Of a stretch of 64,000 nucleotides of DNA, positions 37,360 through 54,971 are shown in pieces. The first letter of the stretch is position 1, and each line of letters begins with the position of its first letter. The stretch is from Eledone cirrhosa (Eukaryota): assembly GCA_964016885.1 (NCBI GenBank), contig OZ024740.1:231818001-231882000 (forward strand), in the 5' to 3' direction. The notes below the pieces were generated by a model, which was not told the DNA's origin, did no database searches, and saw nothing but the letters and a program-made list of their open reading frames with translations. The position numbers and the translations under genes were made by a program.

Positions 37360-38253
37360 ATGGCTCCCTACCTTTTTATCATCGTAGTGGACTATTGTAT
37401 GCGCCTTGAATTGGAGAAACACCAGGACTCTGGCTTTACTGAAACACCGGCTCAGAGCAGAAGAGTTAAGGCGAAAAAGGTATCAGATGCTGAATTTGCC
37501 GACGACAGAGTTTTGGTGACAAATACAGTGAAGGAGGCAGAGGATTTGATGCGGGAGGTTGAGACTGTGTCGATGAGTGTGGGGCTGAGAATGAATGAGA
37601 CTAAAACAAAATATCTGGTAGAGAATGTTGAGAAGCCAGAGGGGATCACTAATGTAGGTGGGAAGCCGCTAGAATTGGTTGAGGGCTTCCTGTATTTGGG
37701 AGCAAAGATTGGGAATACGGAATATGATGTGGTTGAGAGGAAGAGCAAAGTCTGGGCGGCGTGCCACAGCTTGATATCGGTGTGGAAGTCGGACCTTCGT
37801 AAAGACCTGAAAATCTGCCTCTTCATTGCTGGAGTGGAGACTGTGCTGCTGTACGGGTCTGAGACTTGGACACTGACCAAGAAACTCACTCAGATGGTGG
37901 ATGGGTGCTACACGAGAATGCTGAGGATGGCTTTGAACATTAATCAGTATACACCGAGGATGAAAATCTCAGAGCTGTATGGGACCCTCCCAAAAGTCAA
38001 CTCAAAAGTGACACAGAAGAGACTGAGGTCAGCTGGACATGCTCACCGACATCCAGAGTTGACATTGCACTCATTGCCCCTGTGGGATCCCCTACATGGA
38101 CACACTGGAAGAGGAAGACGAAGGTTAACGTATGTTGATGCCCTAAGGACAGACACTGGTCTGTTGGAGACGCAGGACATGGTAGCGATAATGAGGGACA
38201 GAGACCGCTGGAGAGAACTCGTTCATGGATCTCTGGAATTTTACCCGCCCTAG
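37360..38253 (+). mobile_element. 5'-truncated RTE/RTEX-clade LINE with an open RT C-terminal half
   Basis: [44 protein letters not shown] and GRGRRRLTY motifs. Confidence 0.85.
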
Positions 38254-38764
38254 ATATATAAATATATATATATATATTTAATACAATAACAGAGATAGTT
38301 TAAAGCTAAACTCTGACTGGTAACCATCTCACTCAACAAACATTAGGTTATATTTAAATATAAACCCAATTTAAGTGTTTGGGGTGCTAACAATATGTAT
38401 AATGTGGAAAATCCAGTTGTATTATTAATTAAAGTTAAAGTATATCTCTCTTTCCAAACAATTGTTTCATTATAAGTTTTCTACAAGTTGGGAGAATATT
38501 TCCAGTTTATGTAGAAGCCTAATATATATTCATGTAAGAATATATTTAGGTGGGCACTTATAAATCATCAGTGGAAGCCCGTTAAACTTTGATATAAGAA
38601 AAGAATTTGTTACCGCTGTCAAAAATCGTGTCTGTAAAGTCGCTCCCTCTCGCCTCAAATGACCGCCAAATTTGAAATTCCAGCAGTTTTTGACTGAGGA
38701 AGTATCATAGCGACACGAAGCGGGAAGGGGAGACAACCCACGATCAACGAAATGAGGGAAAAAA

Positions 38765-39262
38765 TAATAATATACACGCGGGTTAATTAGTTTTTTTGAA
38801 AACATTATCAATCCAACGTGTTAAGAACTCAATTGAAAATAAAAAAATAAATATATGCTTGTATAAATTACACACGCATATAGATATTTTCTCAGGCTAA
38901 ATCAGAAGTTGTACCCGAATAAGAACAGCATCTCATAACCGCAGTAAATGCAGAAAGTTATGCTTTAAAGGGCTAATGGGAATGTAAATCTCCGGCCGAA
39001 TTAAGAGTAAAATATAAAACACACGCGGGTTAATCAGTTATTTCAAAACCAATATTAATTCCTCGTGTAAAGAACTCAATTAATAAAAGAAAATAAATGT
39101 ATGCATGTAATTATATACGTAGGCATATATATATTTTCTTATGCTAAAAAACAGAGAAGTTACAACCCAAAAAAGCCACAACATTTCACAACAGTAACAA
39201 ATACGGAAAGTCAAATTCATAAGGTACCTGGAAATAAACACCTCTGGCCAATCAAGAGTAAA
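38765..39262. repeat. Imperfect tandem duplication, unit about 250 bp
   Basis: ACACGCGGGTTAAT...AAGAACTCAATT...GGCC.AAT.AAGAGTAAA occurs twice. Confidence 0.75.
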
Positions 39263-39284
39263 TATTTAATACAATATTTATTAA

Positions 39285-39672
<388 letters not shown>

Positions 39673-39682
39673 AACAAAGTTT

Positions 39683-39759
39683 AGCAAAACCTTGCTAAAC
39701 CTTGCAAAACCTTGCAAAACCTTGCAAAACCTTGCTAAACCTTGTTTGCTAAACCTTGT
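39683..39759. repeat. 10-bp tandem repeat AAACCTTGC(A/T)
   Basis: Seen directly. Confidence 0.9.
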
Positions 39760-39887
39760 TTATATATGTTCTGGCTCGTTAATTTATTAACCTGCCATTG
39801 AACCACATTGGCATTTGGTTGGACAATACATGCGTCCCTTAGCGCCTTGTGCGTGAAGGAACACATATCCTATTATATATATATATA

Positions 39888-39993
39888 TGTTGATGCCGAA
39901 AGTTCCCGTACAATGTCTCCTTTTATGAATAAAATATATATATAAAAAAATAAAATTAGAATCTTATTTCTCGCCCTAGCACAGCTGATATTT

Positions 39994-40046
<53 letters not shown>

Positions 40047-40076
40047 TATATATATATATATATATACACATATGTA

Positions 40077-40168
<92 letters not shown>

Positions 40169-40272
40169 AATATCAGCTGTGCTAGGGCGAGAAATAAGAT
40201 TCTAATTTTATTTTTTGATATATATATTTTATTCATAAAAGGAGACATTGTACGGGAACTTTCGGCATCAAC
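39888..40272. repeat. Inverted repeat with arms of about 107 bp around a (CA)/(TA) spacer
   Basis: 39888-39995 is the near-perfect reverse complement of 40166-40272. Confidence 0.9.
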
Positions 40273-40439
40273 AAACAAACTCGATTGATTTATAAATTAT
40301 TTATTTGATGCGAAATCACGATCTCGAACTTATTTTCTGATTCAACAGATAGCAACAACTTCTGAGCAGTAAATCTCTCGAGCATGCCATTCAACATAAT
40401 CATATGAGCTACTGAGGTGATTTATGATACGACTGGTGT

Positions 40440-40470
<31 letters not shown>

Positions 40471-40749
40471 TGGTAGTGGTGGTGGTGGTGGTGATGATGG
40501 TGGTGGTGGTGGTGCTGGTGCTGGTGGTGTTGGTGCTGGTGCTGGTGCTGGTTTAGCAGCTGTATTAGTGGTAGTAAGACATGGCCTATACAAACGAAAT
40601 CTGCAAAAGAATCAACAAAATGTCTTCGACGCCGCACTGTTGATGACTGTTTATCGCCGATAAAATTCTTTTCTTCTCCTGGCAAAAAAGATATCAGACA
40701 AATCCATGTCTATTGAATGATATTTAAGAAATTTCAATTACATTATATA

Positions 40750-40930
40750 ATAATGGTCTCTGATTTAGGCACAAGACCAGCAATTTTGGGTGAAGGGGAA
40801 GTTGATTAAATCGACTCCAGTGTGTGAAGGATGAAAAGTGAAGCTAACCTCAGAGTGATTTGAACTTAGAACGTAAAGGACCATAACTCTATGCCATATA
40901 GCATGGTGTCTTTCTTACTCTCTACCAATA
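40750..40930 (-). mobile_element. SINE family 1 copy
   Basis: GGCACAAG.CCAGCAATTTT...TTTGAACT. Confidence 0.75.
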
Positions 40931-43235
40931 ATGTGGAATGTTGTTTCTTTTGTAGGACAAAAAAAATTTACCAGGTAAAATAACTTTTGCATTGCTTTCA
41001 TCTTACCGTCCATTTTGTATAGTTTAGCCCTATTACATCTATCACTTTATATACTTTATATAATTATACATTATACTTTATATAATATTTGCAATAAAAA
41101 ATATATTAAATAATGAAAGGAAGAAAAAGGGGGAGAGCAGCAGACTCTACATCCTGCCTGGGCCACGGACGAAATAGCTGTATTAGCTACTCTAACTGAC
41201 GAATCGCCTTCCGCAGGCGTAATGCAATCCTTCCTATTTTGTGGAGGAAAACGGCAGTTTGAAAAACGAGGGAACAAGAGATTTTGAAGAAAACTAGCAC
41301 GAATAGGAAGCGGTCGGTCAAGTCCAAGTATTTACCTATCCTTCACTCTTCGGCACACCGGACGGCAGTGCTCGGATTTGTGTCCGAAGCGACATCGTTG
41401 GAGGCAGAGAACGTGTCATTGCCCGTACCGTCTTAGATAAGTTACAATTATTAATAACTGTTGTTTTCCATTTTTGTTTTGCCAGCGCTCATCATTGTTT
41501 GTTTTCTCTTATTTACTGCATTCTATCGACTTCTGTAACTATATCACAGATATTCCTCATTTATGGGACGAATAATCCTGCATGAAAAGATAAAGCTTAC
41601 CTCATCTCACTTAATATAAACTTATATGATTTTTATACAAAGCTGATGTCTTACGATGAATTGGGAAAACTTGAATGGTGTGCATCCCAACACAAATGAC
41701 CCGTGGATACAGAAACAAAGTAGTCAGAAAAATTTGTGAGGTATCGAACCCTGCATCTCTTGGCTGTCGGGAAAGTGTCAATTTCATCCAATTAGAACAT
41801 GTTAGAGTTGTAGCTAGATGTTTAAACGAAACGGTTGTCTTAGGAAACATGGGGAAACTTTGAAATTTGAAATGTTTGTGCCTTAACACAAATTACTATA
41901 GTTATAATTGTTTCATTGCAGTTCGCATCTAGACTGAACTGCTGAGAAGTTCATTTGCCATTTTTTTTTAATGCATTTTCAATTCCTGGTGCACAGTACG
42001 TATGCAGCCTATATTAAATATTTGCATTTTACTGTTAATTGATGAAAATGTTATTAACCACTTCTCATGGCTGAAATTATATTTAAACGAAAAGTAAGCA
42101 ATCAAATAATTACTAACAAATAAACAAATATTGATTTGCAAATTTCACCACAAATATTTTTCAGAAAAATGCATTCGTTTCGCTCCAGCCATCTTCTGTT
42201 CAGTTTAATCGACCACTCTGTGATACATTTTATCGAGTCTGGAATGATGAAAGGCATAGTGAATCGTTGTGGGAATTAAAATCCAAACTTAAAGAGACAT
42301 AACCGAACGCGGCAATGTATCTTATCCATCGTTCTATTGATTCTGCTATCCTGCAGCTAAAAACGTAAAACTAAACAGTGAAAAATGCATGAGGGAAGCA
42401 TAGTTTATTGGCTTGCAAAATATGAAGACTGAAAGCTGTTTGAAAAGCAAATCAATGCTAATAAAAACTTCGAAGACATTAATACCACAGTCATTATTAT
42501 AAACAGTCATAGCCGAAATGCAATCACAAGATTCTCGGTGAGATCTCACTGCGTGACACCATGGATAGATGTATTTTACTATAGCTTCGGAAAGACTTAA
42601 ATCTTGTAAGTGATGTTGGAAAACGTTTTGCGTGCCCGTCGGATGTATTGCACTTATAATTCAAAGAGCTAAACTTGTCACACTGTACACGTGTCTATTG
42701 AATACATAGCCATACGTTAATAAAACGAGTATGCTGATCGAATTATTCCCACCTTCTTTGCCAAAACCGAAGAAGATCCATTTATTTAGTCATTGATATC
42801 ACACTGGTATAAACTATAACTATTACAACATCAACTTATATTACCACACTTGTTCCAGAAACATCTGTGTGATTGCCCTTCCTCTACTTTGGGAAAGGAA
42901 TGGACACATTGGAAAATGTAGTCCTACATACCTCTAAAATCACGGGAATGTTACACCTAGCATGTTTTTGTCATAGGTTTGCTTGGTCAGAGTTCGCTGG
43001 GGGCTAAACAATAACAAGTAAAACAACAAAACAACCAGTTACCATTACAATCAATAATACTAGGGCCGCTACTGTAAGCACCGCTACCACATTAACGTAT
43101 AATATGCGGGAATTTCAACACCAACCATAATATCCCCACTGCAGTTACTACTTTAATGATTTAATATCGTCTAATCTACTGTGGCTTTCACTGTAACCAC
43201 TGCTATCACTATATATGCTTTCACTGTTTCCATCA

Positions 43236-43237
<2 letters not shown>

Positions 43238-43290
<53 letters not shown>

Positions 43291-43330
43291 GCTACTGCTG
43301 CTGCTGCTACTACTACTACTACTGCTGCTG

Positions 43331-43386
<56 letters not shown>

Positions 43387-43393
43387 GCTACTG

Positions 43394-43424
<31 letters not shown>
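43238..43424. repeat. (CTA)n/(CTG)n repeat
   Basis: Seen directly. Confidence 0.95.
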
Positions 43425-43714
43425 GAATTTGCTAATCATGGAATTGTGTTTTATAAATACAAGCTCACCATGCTGCAATTCATGAATCCTGAGGATATCT
43501 CCCCGTCACCGCCATCCAGCCCCAACATTAAACATCCTACCCATGTAATCTGATTCTTTCATCATCTACTACATTGTCCCTACGCTCTCGGGAGACAGAT
43601 TACCCCTCCATATTACTGTTTTAATCAGTAATAGATCGATATTGCTGATTGATCACTGGTCGTGTGACTGTCGTCACTGAAGAGATGACATGGCTCGGTG
43701 GTAGAGTGACGTTA

Positions 43715-43717
<3 letters not shown>

Positions 43718-43782
<65 letters not shown>

Positions 43783-43854
43783 AAGAGAGGGAGAAAGAGA
43801 GGGAGAGAGGGAGAGGAGAAAAGGAGAGAGAGAGAGCGAGAGACAGATAGAGAA

Positions 43855-43927
<73 letters not shown>

Positions 43928-43941
43928 CTGAAAGAGAGAGA
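43718..43941. repeat. (GA)n microsatellite
   Basis: Seen directly. Confidence 0.95.
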
Positions 43942-44948
43942 TATTTAAAAAGAAGGAAAGTTGGATATTGGGAGAGGAGAAAGTGTCAAGAGAGACAATG
44001 AGAAGAAAAATTATTATAGTAGTGGCTGTAGTAGATGTGTGGTGAGGGTTGTAGTGGCAATATAGTGTTGGATAAAGGGATAATAAAATGGTGGATATAG
44101 CAGTAGGATAATGATAGATGTGTTAGGTAAAAAGTTAGGATAGTGCTAGGTGTAGTGGTAGAACAATGGAGGATGTAGTTATAATGAAGTGTTGGATATA
44201 GTGGAGTTAATGTAATGGATTTAGTGACAATAAAGTGTTGTTTGTTGTGTTAGGGTAGTAGTAGATGTAATAGTAACAAAGTGGTGATTGTAGTGGCAAA
44301 TGGGCGATGGCTGTAATGTTAGGATAGTGGTAGGATTGTGTTGCATGTAGTGGTAGTAGTATAGTCTTAAATATAGTAGCAATAAAAAGACAGATGTGGT
44401 AAATTCAGTAGCAATATACGGTAAATGTTATACAACGCAAAGAAAAAATACATTCCAGGCATTAAATAAATAATGTATCTATAAGGGTTTTGCAACATAA
44501 TTGTGGATGAATGTCGGTAACTCAGCTGGATGTAATTCTATTGGATATTTGTGTGGGTAGCAGATATTTGTTATGGCTAAATTGGACACTACCCATAGCC
44601 TTTGCATTATCTCCAATATATGTGTGGAGAGAAAGGGATGAAACCATAACATACGGGTTAACCTTAATTGAAGGATCTAGTCCAAATAATTACAACAGAG
44701 TGGATTTTGCTAAAATCAGATTGTGGGGTTAAACAATTGGTACTCAATTGTAAGCTTTAGTCAATGTGTACAGAGGGCCAGCAGTTAACATGAAAGGATG
44801 TATTTTCTAGCTTTAAAGAGGAACCTTTCCTTTTGGATGTAAGTTTTAATTAGGGTAAACATTTACTTTACCTTTCATCATCCAGTGTGGTAATACAAGT
44901 GTCACTAATGAATTACTGTCGAGTCAAACTACGCCTCATATATTCTCT

Positions 44949-45130
44949 AATAATTGTTTCTACTTTTGGCACAAGGCTAGCAATTATCCCAGTGTATTAC
45001 TAGTACTTTATTTTATCGACCCCGTAAGGATGAAAGGCAAAGTTAACCTCGGCGGGATTTGAACTCAGAATGGTAAGGGCAGTAACTCTATGCGTCAAAG
45101 CATGGCGTCCGACCCTCTACCAATACTGCC
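44949..45130 (-). mobile_element. SINE family 1 copy
   Basis: Complete head, core and tail on the minus strand. Confidence 0.85.
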
Positions 45131-45885
45131 TTTCGAATAATGGGCTGCATTTTATTATATTAGAAATAATACTTTACCAATTAACAATCCCTTTGAGACT
45201 TTAGCTGTGGAAACTGTTGGCGTTTTTGGTCCCCGTACCACTGTTATGGGACGGAGTTTACCACCCACAAGAGTGAGCCTCACGAGTTGGAATTGCTATT
45301 TCAACATGTCTCCCTGTCTATCGTCCGTGGTAACGTTTGCTCCATTATGTCGCTTGGATCACGAGGCAGTTTTTGCCTGGGATTCTGCAAGCCAGAGAAT
45401 GTTCTTTGAAACTGTTTGAGCCGATGTCATTGGAGTAGCAATGGTACATATTGCTGATAGTTATGGCACCTCTCGACTCGCACTCGCAAATACCAGTCAT
45501 CCTTGTACTGTCCACGATAATGTAGATTTGCTGCTATTCAGAATTTAAGGAAGAAACAATGTGGTCATTTGATCTGCTAAAAATTGTTACCGAATCTCCC
45601 TTAAATCATACACACCGTATAAAGAAAGGAAACATTCCATGTAGTAATCTCAGAGGTAATATGCCTTTAAGAAAACCATGAGCCAAAAACAAAAACAGTT
45701 TTTAATATATAATTTCACAAATAAAACTTTCAGTTTAAGACAAAATCAAAAATAATTCAATCAGAATTTGCTGGAAATTTTCTTTCATTTTGGTATTCAT
45801 TAAACATCAGTGAAATCACACATTTTCTGTTTTCTTTTCTTTAAAATACAATATTTATGTATGTGTAAATATACAATTTTTCGCA

Positions 45886-45922
<37 letters not shown>

Positions 45923-45928
45923 CACACA

Positions 45929-46010
<82 letters not shown>

Positions 46011-46026
46011 GATCTGTCTATCTATC

Positions 46027-47266
46027 CTTGAAAGGTCGAGCGGAGGCGGCGAACACTTTTATAGCGTCCGTCATCTACTACCGCTTGACCGTCGTGCCTT
46101 GTCCAGCCAAAACCCTCAGCAAAATGGAGCGCGCGCTCTTCCAATTCTGGAAGGCTGGGGTTGCCGTGGCTGATGATGCTGCGGCGTCTCTACGTATTCC
46201 TCACCGGACAATCGGTGTGGGCCCCGTACATGAGGCGAGCCTTCCCACGACTCGTCTCGCTGACTGAGCTGCAGTCCTGGGTCAAGCAAAGACCGAGGAA
46301 AATGGGCGGCTGGCACATCGAATGTGCTCAGGCGATCACAGCCCTCTGGCAGGCGGACCCGGTGATCAGTGGAGACTCCACTTCATCATTCCATAGAGGG
46401 TTGATCTGCAGCAAGAGCAATGACGCGCTCGGAGAAGCTCTGGGCGTAGAGGAAGACGAACTGCCCAGTCTGTTCGGTAGGACCTTCCGCTCGGGACCAA
46501 TGGACAACTTCCAAAAGTCCCTGGCCTGACAGTGCTACCGAGGAGCTCTACCAGTTCGAGACAAGCTCTACAGACATGGGCGCCCGGGCAGGGACCCTTC
46601 GAAAAAGATCTGTCCGAGATGCGTGCGAGACGAAGTAACCGTCGCGCACGAATTGATACACTGCCCGGGATTACCGACCTGTGGGGCTATGTAGAACGAC
46701 TATTGTCGCGGGTGGGACCAATCCAGTTGACCACCGAATCCATTGTCATGATCAAACCGCCACCCTCCTTCAAAAACGAAGGAGAGGCGGTTTTCCTTTG
46801 TGTGATAGCTATGGCGAAAGAGGTTGTATGGTGGACAAGGTTGAAAGGGCTGAGGTCAGACACCCTTCGCTCCGGCCAACAACTGATTCTTTTTTTCAAA
46901 TGCCACTTTGGAAGAAGATTCAGGATGGAGAGAGAGGTGCTGTACCCCAGCAAGTTTTATGAAAGGTGGGTGAAAGTGGCGAGAATGGCCCGAGTGAATG
47001 GGCCTTCTCTCTATATCAGCCTGTAGGTTGAAGAAAAGGAGGAGGAGAGGAAAGGAGTACAAACTCTTCGTATTCCTGGAGATGAGGGTTGCACATTTTT
47101 TTTCGGGGTTATGTGTTACCCATATAAACTGTCTCCCTCTAGTGGGGAAAATCGACTAACTTTTTAAATTCCTTTTGTGATAACATTTTACACATTTTTA
47201 TTGTATGTAAACTTCCCCCTTTGTATTTGTCCCCTTTATTTGTGCCCCTGTGGCTAATAAAGAAAT
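46027..47266 (+). mobile_element. L1/Tx1-clade LINE 3' fragment (TCTA/TC-associated subfamily)
   Basis: Begins LKGRAEAANTFIASVIYYRL and is collinear with 49880-51220. Confidence 0.9.
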
Positions 47267-47301
47267 ATATCTATCTATCTATCTATCGATCTATCTATCT
47301 A

Positions 47302-48541
47302 TCCTTGAAAGGTCGAGCGGAGGCGGAGAACACTTTTATAGCGCCCGTCATCTACTACCGCTTGACCGTCGTGCCTTGTCCAGCTAAAACGCTCAGTAAA
47401 ATGGAGCGCGCGCTCTTCCAATTCTGGAGGGCTGGGGTTGCCGTGGCTGATGATGCGCAAACACGCGCTCAGGCTGCGGCGTCTCTACGTATTCCTCACC
47501 GGACAACCGGTGTGGGCCCCGTTCATGAGGCGAGCCTTCCCACGACTCGTCTCGCTGACTGAGCTGCAGTCCTGGGTCAAGCAAAGACCGAGGAAAATGG
47601 GCGGCTGGCACATCGAATGTGCTCAGGCGATCACAGCCCTCTGGCAGGCGGACCCGGTGATCAGTGGAGCCTCCACTGATCACAGCCCTCTGGCAGGCGG
47701 ACCCGGTGATCAGTGGAGACTCCACTTCATCATTCCATAGAGGGTTGATCTGCAGCAAGAACGATGACGCGCTCGGAGAAGCTCTGGGCGTAGAGGAAGA
47801 CGAACCGCCCAGTCTGTTCGGTAGGACCTTCCGCTCGGGACCAATGGACAACTTCCAAAAGTCCCTGGCCTGACAGTTCTACCGAGGAGCTCTACCAGTT
47901 CGAGACAAGCTCTACAGACATGGGCGCCCGGGCAGGGACCCTTCGAAAAAGATCTGTTCGAGATGCGTGCGAGACGAAGTAACCGTCGCGCACGCATTGA
48001 TACACTGCCCGGGATTACCGACCTGTGGGGCTATGTAGAACGACTATTGTCGCGGGTGGGACCAATCCGGTTGACCACCGAGTCCATTGTCATGGACGAA
48101 AGAAGTTGTATGGTGGACGAGCTTAAAAGGGCTGAGGTTAGACACCTTTCTCTCCGGCCAACATCTGACTCTTTTTTTTCAAATACCACTTTGGAAGAAG
48201 AATCAGGATGGAGAGAGAGGTGCTGTACCCCAGCAAGTTTTATGAAAGGTGGGTGAAAGTGGCGAGAATGGCCCGAGTGAATGGGCCTTCTCTCTATATC
48301 AGCCTGTAGGAAAAAGAGGAAGAGAGGAAAGGGGTACAAACTCTTCGTACACCTGGAGATGAGGGTTGCACATATTTTCGGGGGTATGTGTTACACATAT
48401 GAAATGTCTCCCCCTATTGGGGAAAATCGATTAACTTTTAAATTGTATTTGTGATAATATTTTACACGTTTTTATTGTATGTAAACTTCCCCCTTTGTAT
48501 TTGTCCCCTTCTTTTGTGCCCCTGTGGCTAATAAAGAAACA
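47302..48541 (+). mobile_element. Second near-identical Tx1 3' fragment
   Basis: Same 5' breakpoint and the same first internal deletion as the 46027 copy. Confidence 0.9.
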
Positions 48542-51328
<2,787 letters not shown>

Positions 51329-52029
51329 CCTATCTATTTGTCTATATGTTGTATAAAATGGTTTACTTTTAACGAATAATTGCAAAATGGGAGCTTACAT
51401 GGAACTTATATATATATGTGTATGCATATATTTATCTATTTGTGTGTGTGTGTGTGTGTGCGTGTTTTGTGTGCGTGTGTGTGCGTGTGTGTTGTATTCG
51501 CACATTCATAAGTACTAATATTTGTTATTGTATAGATTATTTCAAATCGTATTATGAACTGCCAACGAGAGATATTCAAGAATAAACAGATTGCCTTCAA
51601 ATACTGGTCAGTGAAAAGCTTCGTTGTTGTTCGTAGGAAATTACAAATATGAAAGATTATAAGCTGCAAGTTTGCACAAAACCCATAAGCTGTACCTCAC
51701 AGTATCAAAGACCATATCACGAAGGTTATAAATATTCCTCCTCGATTTCGAGTAATTTTGATGGAAAATCTGGGATGTAAATTGATAGTATAACAGCGAT
51801 GAATTATAGTGAGTAATATGTAAACTTCTCTCCTAAATCATTTGACATCACCAGTGAAACTCCAGACGGTTGCTGCAAACTACCCAACAGCAGGTCACGT
51901 GCAATCGACCTTATAGTCAGTTATTGGTGTAGAAAACATGCTTTAGAGGGTAGTTCAATGGCTAAGCTGTATCCAGGTAATATTTCTAGTACCATCAGAC
52001 AGTTGAAAATGACTACAACATTCCCATGG

Positions 52030-52450
52030 GACATATGAATGGTATTTGATCCGGATATTTGGTAGTGAGTAGGTTAAAGATTGTCGACCAGATATGGAAC
52101 ATGGGTATTAATGTCTTGTCTATCTCCTCTGCTTCAAATGACGAATGCTACAATTATCTTGGAATTGATAAGAATGCTGCATATTTTGGTGTTGTGAGTA
52201 GAGTAAGGGTGAAAAAAAATACTTCAGCAAGGTTAAAAAAAAAACATGTATGTCAGAGCTATTCCCACTACGTAAGACTATGTCACTCATTACTTTTGCA
52301 ATGCTTTTCGATTTGCTATTCGATTGAGAATTTGATAAGATCAGTAACTGGGATTACTATACGAAATATCTTCACATCAGCAGTGACACTATCAGAATTT
52401 AAGTTAAATGAAGGTATGGAAGTAGAGTTATAGATTTATCCCACTACTCG
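52030..52450 (+). mobile_element. Possible very old R4-like RT C-terminal remnant
   Basis: YNYLGIDKNAAYFGVVSRVRVKK resembles the YKYLG..E..KEY region of the R4 copies. Confidence 0.35.
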
Positions 52451-52772
52451 CTGTTCGGATTTATACTAAAGCTGCGTGCCGAGTTAAAATTCTACCAAGA
52501 TCTGCTTTTTCTTTTTTCGTTTCACTCTCGATAAATAGGAACTGTGGTCCATGAAGTAGACTATAATCCAGAAGGCTGTGCCCCGGCATGGAAATCTACA
52601 TACAGAAATAACTATCTATCTATTTATCTATTTATCTATCACTTTATATATGAATGTATGTTTATATATGTATATATGTATCACTACATGTATATATATA
52701 TGTCTGTATGAATGCATGCATGTATGTATGTATGTATATAATATATATATATATATATATATTTATTTCTTC

Positions 52773-52828
<56 letters not shown>

Positions 52829-52903
52829 TTCTTCATTTCATATATATATATATATATTTCTTCATTTCTATGACCTTTTCTGTTTCCAACAGAAATTTCA
52901 ATA

Positions 52904-52941
<38 letters not shown>

Positions 52942-53142
52942 ATAAACAACATAAGGCAATTATTTCATTTACCAGTGGTTTCTTAAAAGCAAAAAAAATT
53001 TTGCTTTCAATCATCAGAATGAAAAAATCCTGGCGTATTTATTGACTTTGGATTTTAAAAACCTATTAAACTAAATATTAAGCTCTGTTACCTACATAGA
53101 GCACTCTTTTTTCCTGGACTTTTCCGACGGAATTACTTCATT

Positions 53143-53183
<41 letters not shown>

Positions 53184-54234
53184 GTGTGTATGTGTGTGTA
53201 AGCGTGTATGTGTGTGTGTGTAATGCATACATAGATGCATTAATGGCAGTGATGACAAAAATTGTTTGGCTAAAACAGTCGATATCCATAACTTGCAATG
53301 TGTCTTCATATTTTGGCATTCAAAAACACAACAAACTCCATTCTTGTTTGTCATAAAGCCGAAGTTGTAGGAAGTCCTTGAAAATAAATTAAGACGATTC
53401 ATTGCCAAGAGTGCGAATCGACAGACTTCATTGACACGACAATGTTATGAAGAAAAGAAACACGCATGCACTTATTAACATATACATAAACAAACACACA
53501 CACACATATGAATATATGCATATATAAAACAGACGCAAACAAACACATGCCGTGTGTAAAACAACATATCCTATTTGCACGAATGTATCAACCATCTCTC
53601 TTTGTTTTACAATAACTATACAGTCGCCATTTTATTTACACATACTCGTGGCCATAGGCTTGTTAAAACATGCCAATTCTAGCATTTAACCTCTAGCCTC
53701 TAGCCTTTGCACACAACTGGAATCTCCAAACAATAAATATGAGACAATTATTTCAGAGGTAGGGGAGTCACATCGAACAGACGTTAGCAATTCAGCATTT
53801 TTTAGACTTAATCAGAATATTTATTTACTATTATGACCGAGGTATGACATGGTTTGACAGTTAAGTGTTGTACTAAATGACAGGCAGTGAGCGTAGAATT
53901 CTGTACTAAATGACTGGCAGAATTTTGTTACGTAGACATAATTGGGTGCCCGGTTTAACATCACCATTTGACCCTTGGTTGGGTTTAGTGGAATACATTC
54001 TATTGCATTCATTCAAGCAAATTCGCCGACTTGAAGTTACTTTCCTCCTTCCATCTTGGAGACCCGGAAAAGGGTTACGGCCACCATCCATTTCTCTTGA
54101 ACTAATCAGAAGACAAATAAATAAATAAACAAACAAACAAACAGTCAAACAAACAAACACCGATGAAGTTGATTCACTTCTCTAAACTCTTTCTCCCAGA
54201 AATGTCTACATTCAGGGCAATAATAGAAATCATT

Positions 54235-54828
54235 GGATTGGCAGTATCGGTAGAGGGTCGGACGCCATGCTTTGACGCATAGAGTTACGGCCCTTACCAT
54301 TCTGAGGTTAACTTTGCTTTTCATCCTTACGGCGTCGATAAAATAAAGTACCAGTCATACATTGGGTAATTGCTGGCCTTGTGCCAAAACTAGAAACAAT
54401 TATTAGAAGATTGGCAGTATCAGTAGAGGGTCTGTCACCATGCTTTGCAGCATAGAGTTACGTCCCTTTATGGTCTGAGTTCAAATCCTGCCGAGGTTAA
54501 CTTTGTATTTCATCCTTACGGGGTCCATAAAATAAAGTACCAGTAATGCATTGGGATAATTGCTGGCCTTGTGCCAAATATACAAATAATTATTAGAAAG
54601 ACAGAGAGGGCGGTGAATTGGCAGTATCACTAGGGCGTCGAATAACCTGTTTTGCAGCATAGAGTTACGGCCCTTTGCCTTCTGATTTCAAATTCCGCGG
54701 AAGTTATCTTTGCCTTTCCTCCTTACGAGGTCGATAAAATACGGGTAACACACAAGGGTCGATTTAATCGACTCTTCCCTACCTCGCTCACAAATTGTTG
54801 GCCTTGTGCAAAATCAGAAAACATTATC
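54235..54828 (+). mobile_element. Head-to-tail cluster of three SINE family 1 copies
   Basis: Units start at about 54235, 54410 and 54608. Confidence 0.85.
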
Positions 54829-54868
54829 AAAAAGACGGAAACTAGTAAAATAACGGACTAATTATATT

Positions 54869-54970
54869 TCTTCTTCTTCTTCTTCTTCTTCTTCTTCTTC
54901 TTCTTCTTCTTCTTCTTCTTCTTCTTCTTCTTCTTCTTCTTCTTCTTCTTCGTCTTCTTCTTCTTCTTCT
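54869..54970. repeat. (TTC)n microsatellite at the 3' end of an RTE copy
   Basis: Seen directly. Confidence 0.95.
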
Positions 54971-54971
54971 G

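Noticed and set aside
41100-41900. Moderately GC-rich unique region with short ORFs (possible host exon) and a CTGACGA string
   Set aside because: There is no recognisable protein, no clear splice pair and no GAAA core half
45180-45545. Possible very old RTE 3' remnant on the minus strand
   Set aside because: Only scattered motif hints; too degenerate to call
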